Assembly: GCF_009914755.1 (NCBI RefSeq)
Contig: NC_060925.1
Direction: 5' to 3' (one strand)
From: the human T2T-CHM13v2.0 reference genome, Homo sapiens
DNA: 64,000 nucleotides
The first letter of the stretch is position 1; each line of letters begins with the position of its first letter. Position numbers and translations under genes: made by a program. Shown here piece after piece: positions 55,014-64,000 of the stretch. The notes under the pieces are model-generated. The model did not search any database. It was not told where the DNA came from and saw only the letters and a list, made by a program, of their open reading frames with translations.

Positions 55014-56249
55014 AGAATTATAGGAGTTTCCCATAATTTTTGAACACATGCCAATAACATCTTTATACAAATACAGCCCAAAGAAAACCAAACACCATTT
55101 CATGTTTGACAATGCTTCCTATATAATTTTTATACCAAATAAGCCAAATATGTCATTTTTGGACTTTAAGGAACCGGGAATATCTTAAAGGATTAATTAG
55201 GTCAGAAAAAGACATAATTTATAATTTGATTTTGGAAAGTTTGTCAAATATCAAAACTTTAAAACACTTGATATTACAAAATAGGATCACAGGTCATTGT
55301 AAAATAAGTCATTCATTTAACCAAAGTGATAACTGAAGGATTTTAAAAAAAAAAAGGTGCAAAACTTTTATTTTGAGAGAGGAAACAATTTTCCAAACAA
55401 TAAACCCTAATAAAAACAACATGAAGTCAATTAAATTTGTTTTTCAAATTTTTATAAATATATAAAATTTTAATCTTGATCATAAGCTATAACTTCCATA
55501 AGCCTTTTATAATCTTTATTAATGTTTTGGTTAATGCTTAAAAAACAAACCATATTAATCTGACACAGGGGCTCATATGCTGGTCTTGCATCAGTGTGCC
55601 ATTGATATTAATGGTTAATTTATAGAGAAACTGTACTTATTTTATGTCTTAAAATGGGCCCTTACAATCTCACACACCCACCTCTTCCTCAATAGTCCCT
55701 GGACCTTGAGGAGTTGAATGGTGTTAATTTCTGGCCCTCTGTCTCAGGAATGCAGTTTATTTTGATTGGCATCCTCTATGGGGCCTGAAGATGAAGATTT
55801 AACTGCTGTCAGTGTTTAAGACTTAGCAGGGCTTTGTGTCCATTTTAGACCCAGGAGTCAAATCCCTGTAACTTAGTGTTACAAGTACTTTAAAAGCACA
55901 TACAGAAAGATACACGGATGTAATAACCTTAATTTAAAAAAAAAACAATTATCAGGTTTTTTTCCTAAGCAAAGTAAAACTTAATAATAATGGCATAGGA
56001 ATTATTTCAATAAGACGTAAAATCTGTGAGGCCAGTTACCAAAAGGCAAAAGAAAAGACCTTCTGCAGTGTACAGGATATTATGTTGGAAGAAAACATTT
56101 CCTTTAGACCTTTAAGAAAATATTGTTAGCACCAGGCCACAACAAACAGAACTGTGGGGAAAAATAACTTAACTGAGCTGAACATGAGTTGAAAGAGAGC
56201 TTTATTATTTCATACCTTTTAAAGGGGGAGAAAAAAACAAAAATGGTGA

Positions 56250-59200
56250 AACCAAAAAAAGTCCAGGACAACACAGATTCACAGTCAAATACTACCAGAC
56301 GTACAAAGAGGAACTGGTACCATTCCTTCTGAAACTATTCCAAACAATAGAAAATAGAATCCTCCCTAACTCATTTTATGAGCATCATCCTGATACAAAA
56401 ACCTGGCAGAGACAAAACAAAAAAAGAAAATTTTAGGCCAATATCCCTGATGAACATCGATGCAAAAATCCTCAATAAAGTACTGGCAAAGCGAATGAAG
56501 CAGCACATCAGAAAGCTTATCTACCATGATCAAGTCAGCTTTATCCCTGGGATGCAAGCCTGGTTCAACATACGCAAATCATTAAACAGAATCCATCACA
56601 TAAACAGAACCAATGACAAAACCCACATGATTATCTCAATAGAGATAAAAATGGCATGCAACAAAATTCAACAGCACTTTATGCTAAAAACTCTCAATAA
56701 ACTAGGTGTTGATGGAAGGTATCTCAAAATAATAAGAGCTATTTATGACAAACCTACAGCCAATATCATACTGAATGGTCAAAAACTGGAAGCATTCCCT
56801 TTGAAAACTGGTGCAAGACAAAACTGGCACACACCATTTCAACATAGTATTGGAAGTTCTGGCCAGGGCAATCAGGCAAGAGAAAGAAATAAAGTGTATT
56901 CAATTAGAAAAAGAGGGAGTCAAATTGTCTCTGTTTGCAGATGACATGATTGTATATTTAGAAAACCCAACTATATCAGCCCCAAATCTCCTTAACCTGA
57001 TAAGCAACTTCAGCAAAGTCTCAGGATACAAAGTCAATGTGCAAAAATCACAAGCATTTCTATACATCAATAACAGAGAGCCAAATCATGAGTGAACTTG
57101 CATTCACTATTGCTACAAAGAAAATAAAATACGTAGGAATCAAAATTACAACAGGTGTGAAGGACCTCTTCAAGGAGAACTACAAACCACTGCTCAACAA
57201 AATAAGAGGACACAAACAAATGGAAAAACATTCCATGCTCATAGATAGAAAGAATCAATATCGTGAAAATGGCCATACTGCCCAAAGTAATTTATAGATT
57301 CAATGCTATCCCCATCAAGCTACCATTGACTTTCTTCACAGAATTGGAAAAAACTACTTTAAAGTTCATATGGAACCAAAAAACAGCCCACATAGCCAAG
57401 ACAGTCCTAAGCAAAAAGAACAAAGCTGGAAGCATCATGCTACCTGACTTCAAACTATACTACAAGGCTACAGTAAGCAAAACAGCATGGTACTGGTACC
57501 AGAACAGATATATAGACCAATGGAACAGAACAGAGGCCTCAGAAATAACACCACACATCTACAACCATCTGATCTTTGACAAACCTGACAAAAACAAGAA
57601 ATGGGGAAAGGATCCCTTATTTAATAAACGGTGTTGGGAAAACTGGCTAGCCATATGCAGAAAGCTGAAACTGGATCCCTTCCTTACACCTTATGCAAAA
57701 ATTAACTCAAGATGGATTAAGACTTAAATGTAAGACTAAAACCATAAAAACCCTAGAAGAAAACCTAGGCAATACCATTCAGGACATGGGCATGGACAAA
57801 GACTTCATGACTAAAACACCAAAAGCAATGGCAACGAAAGCCAAAATAGACAAATGGGATCTAATTAAACTAAAGAGCTTCTGCACAGCAAAAGAAACTA
57901 TCATCAGAGTGAACAGGCAACTTACAGAATGGGAGAAAATTTTTGCAATCTGTCCATCTGACAAAGGGCTGATATCCAGAACCTACAAAGAACTTAAATT
58001 TACAAGAAAAAAGCAAAACAACCCCATCAGTGGGTGAAGGATATGAACAGACACTTTTCAAAAGAAGACATTTATGCAGCCAGCAAACATATGAAAAAAT
58101 GCTCATCATCACTGGTCATTAGGGAACTGCAAATCAAAACCAAAAGGAGATACTGTCTCGCACCAGTTAGAATGGCGATCATTAAAAAGTCAGGAAGCAA
58201 CAGATGCTGGAGAGGATGTGGAGAAATAAGAATGCTTTTACACTGTTGGTGGGAGTGCAAATTAGTTCAACCATTGCGGAAGACAGTGTGGCAATTCCTC
58301 AAGGATCTAGAACTAGAAATGTCATTTGACCCAGCAATCCCATTACTGGGTATACAACCAAAGGATTATAAATCATTCTACTATAAAGACACATGCACAC
58401 GTGTGTTTATTGTGGCACTATTCACAATAGCAAAGACTTGGAACCAACTCCAACGTCCATCACTGATAGACTGGATAAAGAAAATGTGGCTCACATACAC
58501 CATGGAATACTATGCAGTCATAAAAAAGGATGAGTCCACGTCCTTGGCAGGGACATGGATGAAGCTGGAAACCATCATTCTCAGCAAACTAACACAAGAA
58601 CAGAAAACCAAACACCGCGTGCTCTCACTCATAAGTGGGAGTTGAACAATGAGAACACATGGACACAGAGAGGGGAACATCATACACTGGGGCTTGTTTG
58701 GGGGTGACAGGTTGATGGGTGCAGCAAACCACTATGGCATGTGTATAACTATGTAATGAAACTGCACATTCTGCACATGTACCCCAGAACTTGAAATATA
58801 ATAAATAAAAAATAAAGGCACATGCATATGTATGTTTACTACAGCACTGTTCACAATAACAAAGGCTTGAAACCAACCCAAATGCCCACCACTAATAGAC
58901 TGGAAAAGAAAATACGGCACATATACACCATGGAATACTATGCAGCCATAAAAAAAGGATGAATTCACGTTCTTTGCAGGGACATGCATGAAGCTGGAAA
59001 CCATCATTCTCAGCTAACACAAAAACAGAAAACCAAACACCTCATGTTCTCATTCATAAGTGAGAGTTGAACAATGAGAACACATGGACACAGGGAGGGC
59101 AACATCACACACCAGGGCCTGATGGTGGGTGGGGGGGAGGCGGGGTGGGGGAGATAGGGAAGGGATAGCATTAGGAGAAATACCTAATGTAGATGACGGG

Positions 59201-59300
59201 TTGATGGGTACAGCAAACCACCATGGCACATATATACCTATGTAACAAACCTCCACATTCTGCACGTGTACCCCAGAAGTTAAAGTATAATTTTTTTAAA
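56250..59300 (+). mobile_element. 5'-truncated LINE-1 (L1PA7/8-like) with a doubled 3' end, inserted in the MER4 internal region
   Basis: ORF2 RT ([18 protein letters not shown]) through to the C-terminus. The 3' end occurs twice. AAAAA(T/A)GGTGA flanks both sides. Confidence 0.94.
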
Positions 59301-59930
59301 AAAAAGGTGAGATGTGATAAAAGTTGAACTTTGGGTTTTAAAAAAATTAGAATATCATATAATTTATTAAATCAATCCCTTAAGAAAATTTTACTGTTCT
59401 ATTCAGTTATTTAGTGTATGTGTGTTTTTTATATCAAACTCAATCTCTAGAAAAACCATTATAATTTCCCTTAGACAACATGATAGACATTTCTAATATT
59501 ACTTTATGAATAATTTTAAAGCTAGCTTATTTAAGATTTTACTGAAGTTATGTAACTTAAAGCATTTGACTAGTCTTTTCTTTTTTCTTGATAAAGTATT
59601 TTATTTAACTGCTTTTATTTTCTTAAGCCGATTAGAGCTCTTTTGTATATTTTCAGTAGTGAAACATTGTGTACACGACACATAAATACATAGACGTATT
59701 AGGCATGCCGATAGAAGTACATCTTATAGATTCATAAAAACCTTTTGTTTTTCCTGTCTTTCTCAGATTCTTGATAACCTGTTTCACAATCCTAGGCAGT
59801 TGTCAGCTACATAGCCTTAAATTTGCATACTAAAGGAAATAAAGGTGAAAATCAAATAGAAAAATTTACATCAGAAGGTAAGGAGAGGAAAAGTCTGGTA
59901 TGCTAATGGAAGATTAAAGATGGATGTCAA

Positions 59931-60233
<303 letters not shown>

Positions 60234-60845
60234 TCAAATCAAACATAAAATTATAAAAACCTATCATAGATTGTATAAGGAGACCAATTTTATTTAAATA
60301 GGGACTACTTATCTTTTAACTGCATCTCTGAGCTCTGGGCTGAGCCTACACTGAATCCTGGGTTTCCAAAAAGGGAGAATTATTATGAGGCTAGACCACA
60401 TGATCTTTTTACAGTGTACTTAAAAAAATTTTTTTTAAACAAAGACATTTCTAAATGTCTAAACTACATTCTTCTTTAAAAACCCAAGAGTAAACTCTGT
60501 TGCAATAACTACTTAAGTCAGCAAATCAGGTAACATAATACAAAAGCAAGCAGTTTAAGGGTTGAGACAAACTTGTCTGTTTACACTCTTGGAGTTCCAT
60601 AAGGAAAAACAGGTTTCTCCCCCAAAAGGAGTCTGGCACCTTCATTTTCTTTAAGGAACTCCAGGCTATCATAAACTATTTTAGGTCTCTTATGCAGCAG
60701 AGGGTGCAAGAGAAAGGAGAGGCAGCAGAAGTAAATGAAGAAAAAAGAATTTAGCCAACTGAGAAGAAAAAAAAGCTTTTGCTCAAATAAAAAGAAAAAG
60801 GACGAGGTTCTAGGAGAGGGAAAAAACCACGAAGGCCTTTTAAAT

Positions 60846-60848
<3 letters not shown>

Positions 60849-60892
<44 letters not shown>
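60849..60892. repeat. (CA)n microsatellite
   Basis: Seen directly in the sequence. Confidence 0.97.
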
Positions 60893-60893
<1 letters not shown>

Positions 60894-61939
60894 CTTGGAT
60901 GTTAGCTTCTAATTAAGCTGACTTTAACTATTGAGCTCCTTTTAAAAAAAGTCTTTTTAAATCTCGTTACCATATTTCAACTAGGACAAATTGCTGCTAT
61001 TTCAGAAGTACAGCCATTGCTCTTTCAGTTTGGCCTGGCTAGCAAAAAGGTAGGCTTGTTATGTAAATAAGGCCCTTTTAGTAGTCAAAATAAAAAATCT
61101 TGCCTCTCTCTTTTTTTTTTTTCTTTTTCGGGCCATTTTTCTCCCCTCACCACACCAGCTTTTTTTGTGTGGGAATTTAGCCACTACAGAGGCCTTGTTC
61201 CCCATAATTTGGAACTTCCCTTCGGATTTGATCAAGTTCAGATGGAGTTGATCAAACCCAATGAGAAAAAGACCAAAACAACAAAAACAGAAACAAACAA
61301 CAAAAAACAGGCAAAACAAATGATCACACAACTTATATGATTACTGAGCACTCTAATGGTAAGGTGAAATTAAGACCAGCTGGTTGTTAATCTTAACTTT
61401 AGCCAAGTTACTTACAGTTACTTACCTAAAGATGGGTCTCAGGCTGAAGGCTGCTCTCTACCATCCTAACAGCAGGAAAAAAAAATTCATCTTCCCTGTT
61501 GGAAGTGAGCTCAAACTCCATAAAGGAGTTACCTATCTCCATCATCATGGAAGCAGAAAAAAACTTGCCTTCCTTGTGCTGAAAGCAAGTAAAACTCCAA
61601 AACAACAACAACAACAACAACAAAAAGAGTTGTATAGCAAAATAAACTTTAGATCTCGAACAAATTTGGGGAGATCAGAGATTCTCTGGAGGGGGTGTTT
61701 CCAGGCCTCAGCAAATTGTCCTATCCATTTGAACCATTAAGATAGCTCATGCTGGTACCAAGCATTGATTTGTCAAAGGTCAGCAGCACCTCCAGTCAGA
61801 ATCCCTTTGTGGTTACCAAGATGTGAACCCCAAAAATCTGAGACAGGTCTCAGTTAATTTAGAAAGTTTATTTTGAAAAGGTTGAGGATGCACCTGTGAC
61901 ACAGCCTCAGGAGGTCCTGATGACACGTGCCCAGGGCGG

Positions 61940-62470
61940 TGTTATATATAAAGTTTCAGTGCTGCAGAAGAAACAGCACTCAAATATAAAATTTTCTTTT
62001 GAATTCTCAGCAAGACCAGGTACTTCTATAGAAGGGTGTGCCCTTACAGATGGAGCAATGGTGAGCGCACACTTGAACAAGGGAGGGGAAGGGTTCTTAT
62101 CCCTGACACATGTGGCCCTTCCTGCTGTGTCATTCCCCTATTGGCTAGGGTTAGACCGCATGGGCTAAACTAATTCCAATTGGCTAATTTAAAGAGAATG
62201 ATGGGGTGAGTGCTTTGGCAGAAGTCAGGGCAGAGCAGGTAGCAGGTAATCAGAATGAGTTAGGGTGGAGCAGCTGATCGGAATGAGTTAGGGTGGAGCA
62301 GCTGATCCGAATGAGTTAGGGTGGAGTAGGTAATCAGAATGAGACAGGGTGGAGTAGGTAATCAAAAAAGGTTGCTTTATGAGGAAGTTAAATTTAAAAG
62401 TAGAAGGCAAAGGATTGAACATACTGACATATTAATTATTTGAAAAGAAATTTAGAACTCATACCTAACA
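61940..62470 (-). mobile_element. 3' LTR of a second HERV-I provirus (LTR10F/LTR10A type), inserted in the MER4 5' LTR
   Basis: The minus strand begins TGTTAGGTATGAGTTCTAAATTTCTTTTCAAA after the PPT GGGGAGGGGT. It has an internal 28-bp VNTR and interrupts the MER4 LTR after 118 bp. Confidence 0.88.
62253..62364. repeat. LTR10 VNTR, 4 x 28 bp
   Basis: GAATGAG(TT/AC)AGGGTGGAG(C/T)AG(C/G)T(G/A)ATC(G/C/A) repeated four times. Confidence 0.93.
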
Positions 62471-62490
62471 ACCCCTCCCCTTGTATTTCC

Positions 62491-64000
62491 TTACAGCTGT
62501 CTTTTCAAACTTTTTTTTAACATGTCTTGCCTTAGTTGCTTTGCTTGATTTTCCAAAAGAAGAAGCTTCTCTGGGTAAGGTAGAGGATAGTTAAGGGATA
62601 TTTTAATTAAGTGCTGTTTCAATGAGCCTCTGCACCAACCCACAGATGCATGGTGTGACATAGCACCTGACAAGAATAAGTACACCCATTACAGCTGTGA
62701 GGGAAGTAAGAATTGAGGCTATTATTCTTTTCCATTTACCAAACCACTTTTCTAGCCATTCTGTAAAAGTGATCATTTACCCCTGAGTTGTTGGCTAACT
62801 CATTGGACAGAGAAGTTAGACCTTGCAATGCCTTTGTTATACTTCCATTAAGGGTGATGTTGTTTGGGATGAAGGTGCAACATTGAGTTTTAATCATGAG
62901 GCAAACTCCTCCGCTTTCTGCTAATATCATGTTTAAGGCTATCCTATTTTCCCAAGCCATCTGGCTAGTAGCCCCTAATTGTTCAGGTATTCCTTTAACA
63001 GCATCTCTAGTGTAGTTAATAGATCACCGTTGGTTGTAGATGTAGTTTATCCAATCTACATTTTTATTAATTGTCACCTACCAAAATATTGACTTGAATC
63101 CTGCAGCTATTTGATTTTGGGCTTTAAATTGATCTGGTATTCCCTGTGGGACTTTAATTGTGTCTAAATAGATGTGAGAGTCAAAAGACCTATAAGAGGC
63201 TTCTCTTGCTTTACGATGTTTTATTTTTCCTTCCTCTGGTTGATAAAATGCCAGAGTGAAAGGGATAGCCAATTGGACTAAAGCACAAGTGCCACTCCAG
63301 TTATTTGGGAGAGTGTCCAGTAAAGATCCACCACAATACCACCACACATCCACTCGGGGATGAACAAGGGCTGACTGATTGATAAGCTCTTGAAAATTCT
63401 TAAGCTCACTGCATCCCTTCAGGTCTCCAAGGAATACTAAGTTTCCTCCCTGTCATGAGAGACACAAAGTGAACTTTGTATTGGGAGATGGAAGCTGGAT
63501 GCCCTCGGGGGCTGACCCACAGGGTGCCGGACTTCAGGATATAGCAGAGAGAGAGCTTGGCATGACTTATTACTCCAGGCTGTAGAATCCTGGAAAAGAG
63601 CTACCATAAAGCCCATGCCTGGTCAACTGGAGGACCACCCTAGTGGTAAGGGGACAATCTGGGCCTCTGGCCTACCATGCACACAAGCATAACAATTGCT
63701 TTTGTTTAATGTGTGGAGGGAATATTTGATCCATTCCAACCAGGCATTTGCATCTTGGTATCCTAATTGCCAAAGTTTGTTTTAAGTCTAACTCCTATGA
63801 TAGCTATAGCTATCTTGGTCTTGTTGTTAGATGGAGGAGGAGCAATTTTTCCATTGTGAGAGGTTTTGGAAGAAGGCTTAGAGGAAGTTGCAGGGGGTGG
63901 GGGATCAAATAAATGCATTTCAAAGAATCTAATAGGGTTTGTCCCTGAAACCTCAGCCCCCATACCATAAAACCAGCTTAAAGAAGGGAACCGGCTTAGA
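62491..64000 (-). pseudogene. HERV-I (HERVIP10-like) env remnant; the provirus continues beyond the window
   Basis: MAWENRIALNMILAESGGVCLMIKTQCC and DVWWYCGG..LDTLPNNWSGTCALVQL. It is homologous to the env at 18.7-20.6 kb and has stops and frameshifts. Confidence 0.92.

Noticed and set aside
62253-62364. CRISPR-like 28-bp repeat array
   Set aside because: The units are contiguous with no unique spacers and lie inside a retroviral LTR in a mammalian genome.

Overview
Primate genomic DNA, human or nearly identical to human. I recognise it from the encoded proteins as the ANKRD45/TEX50 locus; this is recall, not a database search. The minus strand carries ANKRD45: a CpG-rich promoter and non-coding exon 1 near 48 kb with an RFX X-box, plus four coding exons that splice in frame at GT/AG sites. 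Its last exon lies left of the window. The two-exon, 177-aa gene TEX50 is nested antisense in ANKRD45 intron 3. Most of the rest is transposon-derived: four long L1s, many Alus, an internally deleted HERV-I/LTR10 provirus right after TEX50, a MER4 provirus invaded by Alu, L1 and a second HERV-I (LTR10F type), nested solo LTRs, hAT/Tigger DNA transposon fossils and a U13 snoRNA retrocopy. Nearly all other ORFs in the track are repeat-derived or spurious. I see no new multi-gene system. The best leads are regulatory or structural: a spliced uORF that starts in the X-box and whose stop overlaps the ANKRD45 ATG, palindromes and CRE-like sites upstream of TEX50, a fold-back Alu hairpin, an L1 with a doubled 3' end, and LTR10 motifs. 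Repeat subfamily names are by-eye calls and many repeat boundaries are approximate.
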